Assembly (NCBI GenBank): GCA_964036045.1
Contig: OZ038378.1
Location: 76,880,001 to 76,944,000, forward strand
Direction of reading: 5' to 3'
From: Eutreptiella sp. 'Long Island Sound 2002'
Taxonomy: Eukaryota > Protista > Euglenida
DNA: 64,000 nucleotides
A program made the translations under genes and the position numbers. Each line of letters opens with the position of its first letter. Positions within the stretch are counted from its first letter, which is position 1. The notes under the pieces were generated by a model. That model was not told the origin of the DNA. It did not search any database and saw only the letters and a list, made by a program, of their open reading frames with translations. Below, piece after piece: positions 23,256-37,060 of this stretch.

Positions 23256-26177
23256 ATGATTGGGACGACCCGTCTGCACCTCACGCTTCGCACGGCGGAC
23301 CTGGAGGTCGTGCACCTCGGTACCCTGAGCGGTGACGGTGGCACCGCGTTGTACCTCCAGGGGACCGTGGTAGGTGCTGCGGCGCTCCCGTACCGTAGGA
23401 GCTGGGGAGGATACGCCTTCCGCCTGGTCATGGCCGAGGCTGTGCTGCCATGGCTCTGGGCGTTTTTTGGCTCTCGGTGGTTAGTCGCGGGAGACCGGGA
23501 AAGGATCTCCGATGCGTTGTGCCGGTGGGTGGAGGTGCAGTTTCTCGCGGAGCGGATGATGCACGTTCCACCACCGCCCAGTGTGCCACCTGTCCGGCCG
23601 GCTGCCCATGTGGTCGCTGTGGCGAAGGCGTCCTGAAGTTGGCGCCGAACCCCCCCCCCCCCCCAAAGAGGGGCCTCAGCGTACCATATGGTAGCTACTC
23701 GAACATCCATGTGGTACAGAAGCACTTCAGGGGGCAAGTGGCCACGGGGCAGCATTGGAAGGGGCACGTGAACGTCTGCCCCTGGTCCAAGCTAGAGGGG
23801 GCGCTCCACTGTCCATGGTGGGCCTGCCGCCACCTGAGGCCCAACCACCTCAACTTGAGGGACCTCATCCACCACTTGGCAAAGGACCATCGGTCAGACC
23901 CATCCCATCGTGAGCCTACAGAGGCCATGATCACGGGCGTCATGCCTCGCGGATTGATGGGGCCCTTTGCAACGGCCCAAGCGTGGCATTTGACGGTCAC
24001 GCAGCCTTCGGGAGTGCAATCCTCAGGAGCGCAGGAGGCCTCTTTGTCGGCAGCATTTAGCAGTGCTCGCGGCTCGGTGGTGGTGTTGTCGACGGTAGGA
24101 AAAGGCAGTGACCCAGGTGCGGCCCGCAGTGGTACGGCGCGGGCTTCCTCAGCACCAAGCGGAGCGCATCCGGTAGCGGCCTCCTGGAGAGGCGCGCGTC
24201 AAGGCTCGGCGTAAGGTCGTGCCAAGGGAGCCTCACAAGCGCTGCCTGGTGCAGGCGATGTTGGCCCCCCTCCTCCTAGCGGACAAGGCCCGGCCGATGA
24301 TCCAAAGCCGGCGGCGATACAGTGATGGGATCCTGCCTCTAACATCAGGACCGCGGTGTGTTGGAACGTCCAAGGCGCAATGCGGGGTGACAACGTGCCC
24401 ACGGCCCCGGTGATGCTCGATAGCGAGGCGTTTGTGGCAGGCATTCTGAAGGCCGAAGGTGCCATCCTTGGTCTCTTCCAGGACACTGGCCTTCAAGACC
24501 CCCAAGGCATGGTACACATGGAGAATCAGTGGTGCCACCATGGGTATCATGCGTTCCTGGGAGTCCACCCCACGGCGGCGCCAGCGGCCGCTGTGCGTCG
24601 TGGTCTCTTGTCAGCCCTTTGGGCGGACGTGTTCGCTGCGGAGGAAGTTCGGGACGTCGTGCACATTGTACCGGGCACAGCCATGGCCCTCGATGTGGTT
24701 ACCGCCGGTGGGACACTCACGGTCATCAATGTCCACGGTCCAGGGAGCGGCGGCGACTTCTGGGCGTCGAAGGCATCTTTTTGGGCTGACGCGGCCGTGT
24801 ATGCAGCGGCAAAGAGCGTGGGAGGCACGAGGCCGGAACTCATCGGCGGGGGACTTCAACATATGGTTGGAGTCCCCGGGGCACCGCACCAAGAAGATGG
24901 TCGTGGCATTGTTGGAGCAGTGTGGGTTTCTGAGGGCGGGATACTCGGCAGAGGAAGACCATCACCCAACACGTGAAGGGCATAAGTTGGACGCCTACTT
25001 GCTCAATGCACCGCTGGTCCCGTGGGCAATGCGTGGACGCCCGTACCTGGTGCCGTGGAGACCTCCCACGGTGCTAGGGTGAGACCATGGCCCAGTGCAT
25101 CCCAATGGCCGTGGCTGCCAAGGAAAGGATCACACGCTTGGCCTACTCGCATGCCCAGGGCACACTACACGCAATACGTTTAGACTCACCGGGAGTCGGG
25201 GAGGCGGCAGCGGCTGTGCTGCAGACGGCTTGTGATGACCCGGCTTTTAGGGGGTGGCTCTCGTTGGACCAGGAGACTGCCACCCTGCACACGCCGGAGG
25301 TTCAAGCAGCCTTCGACCTGCTCTATGGCTCCCTTGATGAAGTGTCGCGGATCGCGGGGGTGCGCATGCCCTCAAGCATGGATCCCCAATACCCATATGG
25401 GTAAGCGGATACCGAGGCGTCCCTCGCACAGGTCCTCAGGGATCATGAGGCCCTCTCATGGCGTGCCCCCGAGCTATGGAGACGACACGCATGGGAGGCA
25501 CGCCTCGCCTCCAGGGATGCCGCCTCCCTCTTGCAGCATCTCAGGCGAGTAGACCCTGAACTGTCCCCCGCCACCATGGAGGATCCAAGAAGCTCTAGAT
25601 CAAGAGCTTCAGCAGCTTGACTTGTGGGTGGGAGAGCTCAGGGGCGTCCCTGGGTGCAACCGGCGCAGGTCCACCAAGGACTACTGGCGGTGTTCCTGGC
25701 ATAGCGCAAGTGGCAACTCGGTCAGGAGGAGAATCACGTCCTGGTCTTTGATGTCTCCAAGGCCTTCGACACCGCCCTGCAAGGGGCCCTGGATCTCCTG
25801 CTGCGGCACGTTCGGGTTCTCGAGGAGCTCATCAAGCTCTTCCATACACTCACTTGTGGCTCCACGGTCCGCATTGTCACCGCGCAGCCCCCCCCCCTCC
25901 CGAGCACCCGCCTCCACCGTGGCCTGTGGCAGGGTGGCGGTGCACTCTCCTCCTCCTAGAGCCCCTCTTGCGAAGCCTTGTCCGCAGAGCCCAAGGGGAT
26001 GCCCGCCACGCAGTGCCGCCCCTGGTACAGGCGTATTGCGACGACCTGCTGCTGATAACACACACGCTGCCACAATTTTTGGAGTACACCGAGGCGATTT
26101 CGAAGTACTCCGTGGCCATCGGCATGTCCCTCAATGTTCGCAAGTGTGCGTACGCCACTACTGCACGCATCTCCTAG
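23256..26177 (+). mobile_element. LINE family 1, 5' part (C2H2 finger, APE endonuclease, partial RT), decayed
   Basis: CPWWAC..LIHHLAKDH finger. EN motifs CWNVQG, INVHGP, GGDFNIW, HKLDAYL and DHGP. RT motifs FDVSKAFD, AQGG.LSPLL and YCDDL, then GMSLNVRKC. Breaks abruptly at 26177. Confidence 0.8.
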
Positions 26178-26595
26178 ATCATGCCCTAGGTACACGCTAG
26201 AAGACCCACTTCCGTTCTACCCTAGATGGCGCTAGAAGACTATCACGAAAAAAATGATTGTTACCCCGACCCATGGGCATAGGGGGTTAGGCGTATGCAG
26301 GGTGCAATTTGGAACCGTGGTACCGTGCTAGGGGGTCCATACCTTAGTCTTTAAAAAAACACATTGTTGACCTGAAATTCAACGACAAAAATAAAACCGT
26401 TCTAGCGCCGTTCACGCGTCGGTCTAGCGAGCGCCGCTGGAAGGTAGCTCGAACTTCTAGCCTAGAACAAAACTAGAACAAAGATGTTCACGCAGGTTTC
26501 ACATGTAAGGGATAGAAAAGTGGGGCTGGGGGGGATAATAAACATACATGCATAAAAATCAACAGCCTTGACGCATGCATAGGCACATATGGTCC

Positions 26596-26644
26596 CACAC
26601 ACACACACACACACACATGGACACACACACACACACACACACAC
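26596..26644. repeat. (CA)n microsatellite
   Basis: Read directly. Confidence 0.95.
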
Positions 26645-26669
26645 TTTGGCATAGGCATATGCACAACTC

Positions 26670-26850
26670 AACACAGATCATAATGTGTCAAGGGTGGGGA
26701 GGGGGGGTTTGAGGCGGAACACAAACACTGCACAAACACCCCCTCGGACTATCACCCCCCCCCCTTCATGTTGCGCTGTGGGTCCTGGGGCTAACCTGCC
26801 TGTTGGGCCTAGGGTGAGGGAGAGTATCTGTTTCCTTTTTGCAAGTGTTG
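26670..26850. repeat. Left arm of inverted repeat pair (partner 34765-34940)
   Basis: ggggctaacctgcctgttgggcctagggtgagggagagtatctgtttcctttttg is close to the reverse complement of caaaaaggaaacagataccctccctcacctcaggcccaactggcaggttagcccc. Track ORFs 26678..26890(-) and 34713..34967(+) are visibly homologous. Confidence 0.85.
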
Positions 26851-27889
26851 CCTGACGCTCGTGGTTGAAATCATCAAGCGGTTCATTCATTTGGAGGAGG
26901 TGGAGAATTCGAGTTGGTAGTGTTTGTGCTTGAAGGGGGCCTTGTGGTCAACATCATTGGTCCGTTTTTGTTTCATCACAGCCACGGCCACGGCCACGGT
27001 CACCATCATCACGAGTGCCTTCACCATGGGCCCGCTGGCACACCACTGCGGGCCGCATAGGCACCAAAGACCATCGGGCACACACACGCTACACCCACGG
27101 CCATACGCAAGGTGGAGGTGGAGGAACCAGCAGATCTAGCTCGCCCCTCTGTCAACCGTGCACCCCCGTGCACCCCTTGTGGTCACGATCGCTGCGAGGC
27201 TGAAGACCGATGTGAACCTGCTTTGAGGAACGAGCTTGACCTCTTGGTGGACCAGGGTGGAAGCTTGGAGCTTGCCGCTTCCACAAGCTTGCCCATGGAA
27301 CGCGAGTGGTGCTGTTGACGACGCCAGAGATTCAATGAGCACAAGCGACGCAAGTGATGAGACCAGCTACCGGAACTCCAGCGACACCAACCCGGCCATG
27401 CTAATGTATGCTCGCAGCCCCCGGTCACACGAAGTGGTAGCATGAGCCGTGCGGTGGCTGTGAGATTCCCATGCCGTACCCTCGTGAAGCCCCTAGATCC
27501 CAACACGAGAGCGCAACCAGTGGGTTGAACATGCACGCAGTATTTCTGCACGTTCTTGGGGATGGTGTGTGCCTGTGTGTGTGTGTGTGGGGGGGGGGGG
27601 GGGGCAGCACTTAGGGGAGGGGCTGCAGCGTCTTTTCCTCCTCGTGACAGCAAGGCGCCTAATGCGGTGTCCGAACATACCTTTACCTTGACACAGCACC
27701 TGAGGGCTAAGCACTGACAGTCCTGGTTGCAGCGCAAGGGGAGGCGGGGTTGATCATCTGGATGAGATGCCCAAATCTCATCCCACCCCAAAAAGCACCA
27801 AGGCTGTATGGGTTCTCTGGGATTGGTACAGTGACTGCACCACGAACAGTGCTGGGTCAAACGACAGCGGCGGTGAAATGGCCAGCGCC

Positions 27890-30800
27890 GCCTTGAGTGT
27901 AGGTGAATTGTCGGTAAAACGACAGTGCACTATCGTTTTACGGGTGTGCACGCAACAGTATATTGTACTCAAGGAGGGGTCAGAGCTGACCCAACCAGCC
28001 TATGCAATATTCCATAGCCCGATCGGGTGAACTCAAGGCACCATTCAACACCGCAAAGGCCTGCCCAAACTACCAACCGCTCGCTCATGACGAAAAGCGC
28101 CCCGACATGATGTTTCTTGTGCATGAGAGGGTCCACATATACTGCAATCTGATGGCCCACCGATCGCCCCATGCCATATCTCTCCGCGCCCAGCTCCCGG
28201 GCGTGCCTGAATTTACCTTCGTGAACCAGCATGGACCGTTCGCCTTACGGGAAAGAGAGGCCTTAGATGCCTGGATTGCTTCCGTTCCCAACGTGGGCAT
28301 TCTTGGAGGGGACTTCAATGACGGAATCTGGCACGCAAGTCCATGTCGCCGGAGGATATGGCACGACTAGCTCGACACCGGGCGCCTTGTTGACCTGTAA
28401 TACCAAACGGTACCTCAGCCACAGGGCCCGAGCCACCCCCGAGGGGGCAAACGCTTGGACGCGCTCCTCTTGTCGCAAACAACATGGAATGCCCTCACGC
28501 CGGTGGCCTACCAAGCGACCATGTTCCCGTCGGCAAGGGATCACGCAGGGGTTGAAATCCACACCACGGTCGTGCTCCCTGAGCCGCAGTCTCCAGATCC
28601 AGAAGTCATCAGCATCCGAGACTTGACGGGTAGAGAGCTGAAGCGTTTCGGTGCACATATGGGAAGGTGGTACCGAGGCGTTCCGAAAAACATGACCGTG
28701 GAGATTGTCAGTAGTATGGTGCTGAAAGAGATCGCGTGGTATGTCGCTGCACACAAGAAGCCCAACGGACGACCGGACCAGACTCACCAGGATTTGCAGA
28801 CCCGTCTCGCCCACAACCCTTGTGACCACGCCGCGCTGAAACAATGGGGGGGACACATGCAACGGAAGCGACACACGGAGGTGATGAAGAAACTACGCCG
28901 CCTCCGCAAATCCGTGATTCGGAGCACGGGGACGTTCTTTGCGGACCTCGCCACGTGGCTTCTGAGGCCGGCCCGCGTCTCGTCCATGTCCCCTACTCTG
29001 GCATGGGCGACCAAAAGGTTGCCCGATTTTGCGGGGGACGCGCATTGGGACCCTGAGAAGGCCTTCTAGGTTTTGCCCAGTCTCCGCGTGCCCGACACAC
29101 CCGTGAGTCAGACTCCGCCAACGTGGCGCGAGTTCAAGGACGCGGCCAATCAGCCCAAGAAAAAGGCGATGGGAATGGACGCAGTTCCGCCGCACACAAT
29201 ACAGTGGCTGCCTGAGAACGTGCAATGGATCCTATACAGGAGAATCTGTGAGGTGTGGAACAAGGGATAGATGCCGACAGAATGGATTGACACCTGCATA
29301 TTGCTGTTGTACAAGAAGGGCGACCCCAGGGATGCGAGCAACTACCGACTCATAGCAGTGTCCACCTGCATGTACCAAATTACCACGAAGTTGATCCTGC
29401 GGCGCATCAAGACACCCCTCACCGAAGTGCTGTCTGAACCCCAAGCAGGAGGGCGAGGGGACATACCACACTATCCCAAGGTATGAAACTATGGTCGTCA
29501 GCGCTGAGCATGCCGGGAACACCGGATGTGGTACTGCTGGATATCGCCAAGGCGTATCCAAGCACCCCCCACCCACTGCTGTGGGCTGCAATGCAGCAGG
29601 TGGGGGTACAGGATCGCTACATCTCCATGATGCAATACACATACCAAGAGACGCGGTGCTGCTATCGGGTGGATGGAGAAAAACACTCATACGACCAAAG
29701 GAGAGGGGTGAAACAGGGGGGCCCCCTCTCCCCCCTACTCTTTTGTGTGGTGTACGAGATGTTTCATGGAACGCTAGCGGTAGAAATCCCCCCCGTACAC
29801 TTCTACACGTACATGGATGATGTGGCCTTCGTCTCGCCGGACTGGTCCACTACGATGGCCGTGCTTTGGAGGGTCACGGACTTGGGAAACGCGCTGGGCT
29901 TCCACGTGCAAAAGGGGAAAACAGAGGTGTACTGCTGGTCGGCAACCTACAAGGCCGATCAGTCACTGTGGGACGGGCCGGTTAATACTGTTAGACCCCC
30001 CATCCTCAGCTACATGGGACACATCATTGCACAGTTGCACACCCACAGTGGGCACACAAGGCGCGGTCCGACTACCTGGACTTGATTACGTCGGACCTAG
30101 CACAATATGCGCACATTCCCATCGATGGCTGGGAACGAAAACAGGTGGTCAACTCCATCTTGATGCCCAGGTGGCTTCACCGGGCGGTGCTCATCCCCTC
30201 AGACAAGTGGTACAAAGAAGTAGACGACTTGTGTTCGGTGTTTGTCCGCCAGCCTAAAGGCATGGTCCCGGCACGAAATACTAAACAACTCAGTGCCCCG
30301 GTATCTTGCGGAGGCATGGGGCTGCACCACATGTATTTGGCCTACCGGCGGCGATTCATCACAACTATGCCGCAGACCATACACCACCATCACCAAGCAT
30401 TTCGGGTATCTCTCAACGCATCAGTTGAACGTACCTAGACGCCTTTTCTTGCGTACGTAACCTTGTTGAACTCAATGGGAGCAATCTCGGGCATATCACC
30501 GGAGCACCCCTGTTGCCGTCCCGGGCGGCCGAGCCTTATCGACAGCGAGGACACGGAGGACGGTCGGATGATCCACAATCGAATGGCCCCCGTCGGCCGA
30601 GAGGACATAGCGCACCGGTACGGCCTTGCCAAACCTTGGTGGCATGTCCTCGAAGGAGGGCAGGTCCCGGCAGGCTACCAACCTACTGCGGTAGGGGGCT
30701 GTGAAGTGTACACCATCGGCGGCGAGCCACAGGGGACGACGTGGTATGCGGATGGAAGCAGGAAGGGCAATCCGGCAATTTTGGGGGGCGCCACGGCCGA

Positions 30801-33141
30801 CTGCTGAGCAGGATTCGGGCTCCACTGCGGTCCTGTGCAGGTGAGAGGGGTGCGGGGTCCTCAAACCCCGTACCGGGCGGAGCTCATGGGCATGTATGTA
30901 GCCTCCTGCCTCGCACAAGCTGGTGATGAGGTAGTATTGGACAACCAAGCCGCAACGGATTGTGCGACAACCGCGCCACACTGCGAAGTCTGTGACGTGG
31001 ACGTCCGCCAGCCATTAGCACATGAGCTCCATGACAATTCACTGATGCCTAGGTGGGTACAAGGCCACCGGGAAGAACGCCAGCCGCGGACCATTCAGGA
31101 TGCTCGAGACATACGGGGCAATAACCTGTCCGACTCGCTGGCGCGCATGGGCAGCGAGCTCCCACTGACACCATACACACCAGATGCGCCGCACGGCATA
31201 GGCGTGGGGGGCACGGAGGCACCCACACCAGCAAAAAAGTGGATTATTGGGGTGCGCGCGCACGCCACACCTGAGGAGGTCCACTACGCAACATGGCTAC
31301 CCCTGAAGGTGGAGCGCCGCAGGCTGTGGCTTCAGTGGGTGTGGGGGAACGTGTGGTGCAAAGGGTGCACGCCACCATGGAAGAAGTCGACCCCATCTTG
31401 TGCCGTGTGTGGGTCCACACACCAAGGAGCGGCACAGACATGGCTTGTGCAGCGTGGGACATGGAGGACGCTGTTCCTGGAAGAGTGGGCGAAAACCTGG
31501 GGACCTTGGGAGTCTATGGCTTGGCAGTGGCTCTCGACAGCAACGCCAAACGACCTTGCCCGTGTCGCGAAGTTCCACATTCCCCTCTCGCTTGTGCGTT
31601 CAATCCCGCAAGACCACATGCCGGATTTTCGGTACAGGGTGGCAGTACACCAGTACGAGTGCATGCAGCTGGCAGGTGAGCTGCGCCACAACCCACCCAT
31701 GCCGCAGGACCCGGTAGAGGAGCGACGCTCCTCATCGGGCGGCACGGCCATTTGGTACATGGCCTTCCGCTGCAGGGCCTAGTGCCTGCCCCCTACCCAG
31801 GAACGCCTTGTGCGACAGTGCCACTACAACCCCCGAAAACGCCCTGCGGCTAGCGGGCACCAAAGGCGGGCAAAACCCAAAAGACACCGCAGGCTGGAAA
31901 CCAAACGCACGGTGGCGAAAATCCTGCGTCAACCGTACACTGTCCCAAGGGCATGTATGGTAATCAGAGCTCTACCGGTGCTGACACGGGACTTGCTCAC
32001 TGGTGCGGAGACTTTCCTCGACGTAGGCATGCACTTGACGCCGTCTGTGACCCCCGTAAAACAGTGGTGTCCGGTTACGGGGGCAACCTACGTGGCGGCC
32101 AGCAATCAGCTGCAGACGGCCCAGTCACTTATCAGGGGAACTGTTAGGGGAATCCTGGCGCAACGACAGGTCACCGTCAGAGTGGCAGTGACGTGGGCCG
32201 CCCACGTGGACACCTGTGTTAGGGTGCCTGCCGTGTCCGCCCAACTTACACGGTTCTGGGTCCACCACAGTGTGCGGCTGACGATCTACGCGGTGCACCG
32301 TGCGCGTCAGCGTGTCCTGTTCGGCACTTTGTCAAGCCTGCGCCGCCTAGCCACACGGGCCCCGCGGCACATGGTTGTTTTGGAGCTGGCACTGCGCTCT
32401 GCGCTCGCCCACACAGCCACAGCTGCCCGGCCCAACATTTGTCACCAACAGCTGTCCTATCAGAAGTTCCGCACATGGGCTGCTATGGTGACCCATAAAC
32501 CGGGGGACAGAGACAAGTGGCTGACCACGGCCATGTGCGGTGCCTTGCAACTTGCCCGCACCCGCCAATATAGGTCCGTGCGAATATGGCGGCAAGAGTC
32601 ACTGGACGAGGTGCGGACCTGCATGAGCAGGTGGCTGATGGACCACCAAGCCTGGCTAGCGGAAATTGCATGGCGGTGGTACCTTGTTCGGGACAAGAAA
32701 AAGAGGCCCGCAAGTGCGGTTGACCTGTCGCGGGGTTGGTGTTTCAAGAGGTGTAGGGCGCACCACTCCGACACCCTGGACTACATCCAACTTACTGGGG
32801 ACCCTGATCCGACAGACCCGTGTGACATTCAGCTCACTAGATCTCCCACCGCACGTGACCTGTAGTCCGACAAATAGCACACTGACAACGCCACACCTAG
32901 CACAATGAACTGGGCTGACACTGCCCGTGGCAGAGCACACGTGCACACCACTGTCTGACGACTTGTGGGATAACTTGTCGCCACAGGCGTCCTTGATGGA
33001 CGTACGTAACCTGCACGAAGCCTATGGTTATAGTTACTGCGGCTAGACTGATGCTAGGCAACTTGCCTATGAGTGCCTCTCCTTTGTTCATAGCGAGACT
33101 TTGAACTTTGAACTTATGTGGTGCCGGAAGTTAAAAAAAAA
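27890..33141 (+). mobile_element. Near full-length non-LTR retrotransposon (LINE family 2; APE-RT-RNase H, I/ingi-like architecture), inactivated
   Basis: EN motifs YIVL(K)E, GGDFND, RLDAL and DH. RT motifs KAMGMD, NYRLIAV, LDIAKAYPS, GVKQGGPLSPLLF and YMDD. Post-RT GGMGL. RNase H motifs WYADGS, YRAELMG, LDNQA, WVQGH and GNNLSDSLA. CxxCGxxH finger, then A9 tail at 33133-33141. At least 8 stops or frameshifts. Confidence 0.93.
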
Positions 33142-33250
33142 GTATTAGTAGCTAAGCAAGTGTCCATTGCTTGACAGCCTATGGGCCCTTGCAGATGAGC
33201 ACTTAGCCGTTTTCAGGCTGGCATGTGTTTGCTAAAAATCACCATGTAGA

Positions 33251-33400
33251 GGTTGTTAGATCAAAACCACGGAGGCTTGCATATATGGGAAAACACCCCC
33301 CCCCTCCCCCTTTTGCGGCCTATTCGCATACCCTATCCCGACGGGTTGAATTGTTGGTTTAACGCCCTTATTTTGTCCAATAAACGCATGCCCAATGTTT
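33251..33400 (+). repeat. Dispersed repeat family head, copy 3
   Basis: ggttgttagatcaaaacc...ggcctattcgcataccct aligns with 4797-4955. Confidence 0.6.
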
Positions 33401-33546
33401 TGACGGGAACCCCTCAAACCCTGCCCCCCCCCAATTGAAACCCACCATTTTCAACAAAAGGGTCAAGAACACAACACGGTCACGTTGAGCTAAACAATTT
33501 AGGGGATTGCGTGGCCTTGATGGACAGTCACAAAGCGACAAGCATG

Positions 33547-33580
33547 CTCCCTCTCCCTCCCTCCCTCCCTCCCTCCCTTC

Positions 33581-33611
<31 letters not shown>

Positions 33612-33622
33612 TCTCTCTCTCT
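33547..33622. repeat. (CCCT)n/(CT)n microsatellite
   Basis: Read directly. Confidence 0.95.
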
Positions 33623-33699
33623 GGCTTTTTTGCATTTGAAAAGTGGCTGCGCCGTGGACACATTGACACATTGACAGGTAGGTGTGTTGGCTAGTTGGC

Positions 33700-34500
33700 T
33701 GTCGGTTTTTTGCGTTGCTTGGTGGGTTGTTGGTTGGTTGGTTCGTGGGCTGCTGAGTTTGGCTGGCTGGCTGGTTGGTTGTTTGGCTGGTTGATGTGTC
33801 GGTAGGGGTTGTTGATTAGTTGGGTGTGTGCACATGTGCTGTAGCATGCTGTGTGGTTTGTGGTCTGTGGTCTGTGGTTTGTGGTTGGTTGTCTATGGTT
33901 GTTGGTCTATTGTCTGTGGTTTGTGGCTGGTGGTCTGTGGTTGGTGGTCTGTGGTAGGTGGTTGCCGGTCAGTGGTCCGTGGTTGCTAGTCTGTGGTTGG
34001 TGGTCTGTGGTGTTGGGTGGCCTCTATGCCGCATGTTGTGTGGTGTTGCTGCATCGTGTGTGTGTTTGGGAGCAGGTATGTACAGCCACTGCAAGGGTCC
34101 TAGGGGGTGCTGCAAACATTTCATTGTGCCGTTCTAGCGGCGTTCTAGCGAGGCGTTTTAGCGACGTTCTAGCGAAGCAGTGGTTGACGCACTGCTTTGC
34201 TAGAACGTCGCTAGGACGCCCGCTACAACGGCACAATGAAATGTTTGCAGCACCTCCCAAGACCCTCGCAGTGGCTGCACATACATGCTCACAGACGCAC
34301 GATGCAGCAACACCACACAGCATGCAGCACAGTGCCCAGCCTACATGCAACATGCTACAGCACGTGTGTACACACCCAACTAACCAACAAACCCTACCCA
34401 CACATCAACTACCCAACCAACCAACCAGGCAGCCAGCCAAACTCAGCACCCCATGAACCAACCTACAACCCAAAAATCAACCACCAACAAACCAACAAGG
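33700..34500. mobile_element. ~800-bp foldback (imperfect palindrome) centred near 34187
   Basis: tgcaaacatttcattgtgccgtt...ctagcgaagcagtg / cactgctttgctag...aacggcacaatgaaatgtttgca. Outer arms 33700-33850 and 34345-34500 are also complementary. A (TGTGGT)-like simple repeat at 33850-34020 lies in the left arm only. Confidence 0.85.
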
Positions 34501-34764
34501 CAGGTTGCAATGCACACATGGGGGGGTGATCCATAACCAGGGAGGAGGGGGGACAAAGCACACCACAACTACTCTCACACAGCCAGTTGGGGGGCATAGT
34601 CCCAAGGGGGCAGGGCGTGGCAAGGGAGGAGGGATGGTGGGAAGGGGTAACCTGACAACACCACAGGCACACACATCAAGGAGGAGGGAAGGAGTAACAC
34701 ACCTACCTGTCAGTGCGTGTCCACGGCGCAGCCACTTTGCAAATGCACTTTAAAAAAAAAGCCA

Positions 34765-34940
34765 CACCTTCAAAAAGGAAACAGATACCCTCCCTCACCT
34801 CAGGCCCAACTGGCAGGTTAGCCCCAACACCCACACCGTATCATGCGAAGGGGGGAGGGGTTATAGCCCGATACTCAGGGGGTGTTTGGGCGGTGTTTGT
34901 GTGTGACATCTTACCCCCCTCACCACCCTCGACATACACT
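34765..34940. repeat. Right arm of inverted repeat pair (partner 26670-26850)
   Basis: See the 26670-26850 entry. Confidence 0.85.
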
Positions 34941-35269
34941 GAGTCACGGGCGTGTCTTCGTCATTAGGGCCATATGAGCATGTTGTGTGGCATTACAGCC
35001 TCCCTCACCTAGGTGTACACATTTCGAACTTTTGTCATTGGTCTTCACCAAAGCTGTTATTTTTGCTATAGAGCAATGATTCTATGTCTTTTCAAGGGTG
35101 ACACACAAGGTTTCCAAGTACATTGGTGCCCTGTGGCCGCCCCTAGTGCTTCTTTTTAGTGTTGTTTCTTTGTACAAATGCTATGTACGTCCAAACGTGC
35201 CTTCCACTCGGGTCATGCATTTTGGTCATTCATGTTCCTTTTTGTTTAGATCACCGTGCCCGCGAAAAA

Positions 35270-37060
35270 CAGACCGAGGTCAAGAAAGTGACGAGCCACG
35301 TTGTTGATTTGGCGGGTGCTCTAAGCCTTCAACACGGGAATCATATTGGGGAGCTCTTGGCGGAATGGGCCAACCTCCCCCCCCCCCCCCCAAACGCTCA
35401 GTGCCAATTTGTTACTTGCCCAAGGACCTGTCCAATTTAGTGGTGCGGTCTGGCAAAGGGCTTAAATTGGTGGATATCCGGGTCCTGTGCCGCGACTCCA
35501 TGGTGGTGACTGTGGCCCAGCTCACGCATCATCGCTTGGCTGTGATCAAGGGTGAGCTACGGGCCCTACTTGACAACCTGCACACACAGTGTGGGGTGCG
35601 CGGGCAGTTTATGGTTCCTTCGACGACGTTTGCATCGAATGCGGGAGACGCGTGGGTCGACTGTGTGCTCAGGGCGATGGGAACGCTGGGGGTCGGTCTC
35701 CTCATGCCGTCCTCGGTGTAGTCGTGCGTGCACGCCCAAGTGCACGCGCAAGTGCAATGGGCCGGACGGCGGCGGGCAACCCGTTCCTACACCTTCAAGG
35801 GTAGGGACGGTTGTGTGCTGTCTGGGCCCCTGCACGGAGCCGCGGTGCGGTCCGTGACGGATTCTGCGAATGACCTCTTGCACACGAGTCTTCCCTGCCA
35901 TGAGCCTAGGCACTGGGCCGTACAGCTTCAGAAAAGTCACGAAGACCTTCTGCACCTCCCAAATACGGGGGTCGGGCCCACTATGCTGGACCACGTGTGG
36001 TTAACGGGCCTCCGGGCGGTATTCTAGTCCGGACTGCCCGGTCCAGAGACCCATCGCCTACTTCACCTAGTGCGGCACAAAAAGGCCACCAAGCGCACGA
36101 AGCAGTCCGCTGCGGGCGATGCATATGTGGTAGGCGAATACGGGGACGACGACTGGAATCCGGAAAGCCCAGGGCTGCACCGTTGGTACGGCATCATGGT
36201 ATCTACTGAGCCTTGAGCACAATATAGATGCCATGTTGCAAAATATTTGGCCATTTCGTTTGGCTATGTTTTGTGAGGATATTTGTAGAGGGGCATCAAC
36301 CGCTTTCTTAAACATGGGCATAATGAGCACAACAATCCCGGGGGGGGGGGGGGTTTCGGGGGGATGGGGTGGATGAGGTGTCAGGGCGTAAGTGGTCGGC
36401 CATCCACAGGGAGGCTAGTGTGCAAGCACAATGTATGACGAGGCTTTTTCCTATTTTGATGTGTCTTGGGTTGTGCATGGGGGGCCACGGTCGCAAGTTG
36501 CATGCTCGGGTAGGGATGCCATGGAGGTGAGGAGGGGCCCGAGCCACATGCAGGCTTCCCTTTCTTACGTCACTTTACATGTGTGCGGCCTTCGGGGACC
36601 ATATAGCTTCCAATGCCAACTCAAATGACAATGTTACACATGTGTAAGTGCCATGTCTTTTCCCAACCCCTTTACGACCTGTATATTGCTCTGATATATC
36701 TGATATATATAGTGATGATCACGGAGCCACATGCATGCTGGGCCACAAAGGACATGTGTCGCAAAAACTTCTCAAACACTCACTTCTTTGCACCGTAATG
36801 TGTGTTATTCCTATTACTCTTGCAAGGAGCCGCACAAGCATTTTGGCCGCTTTGCGACACAAATAGGGCAAATAGCGGGACCATTGCGCCAAGAGGAAGA
36901 GAGGAGGGTCCGTTTGACATTGGTACTGCAATAGGAAGGGCTGTTGTGGTAGGGCATGGTGGCCGGTTACACTCTGCACCTCCGTGAAATGACCGATCAC
37001 CTACAAGAATGCCCGAGGGACGTAAAGTCAAGCGCCGCTGGACCACATGCCAACTAGGCG
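35270..37060 (+). pseudogene. LINE post-RT/C-terminal fragment (possible continuation of LINE family 1)
   Basis: YLPKDL...GKGLKLVDIRVL resembles the post-RT P..GGLGL.DI motif. TDHLQECP near 37000 resembles the terminal H..C knuckle. Decayed. Confidence 0.45.
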
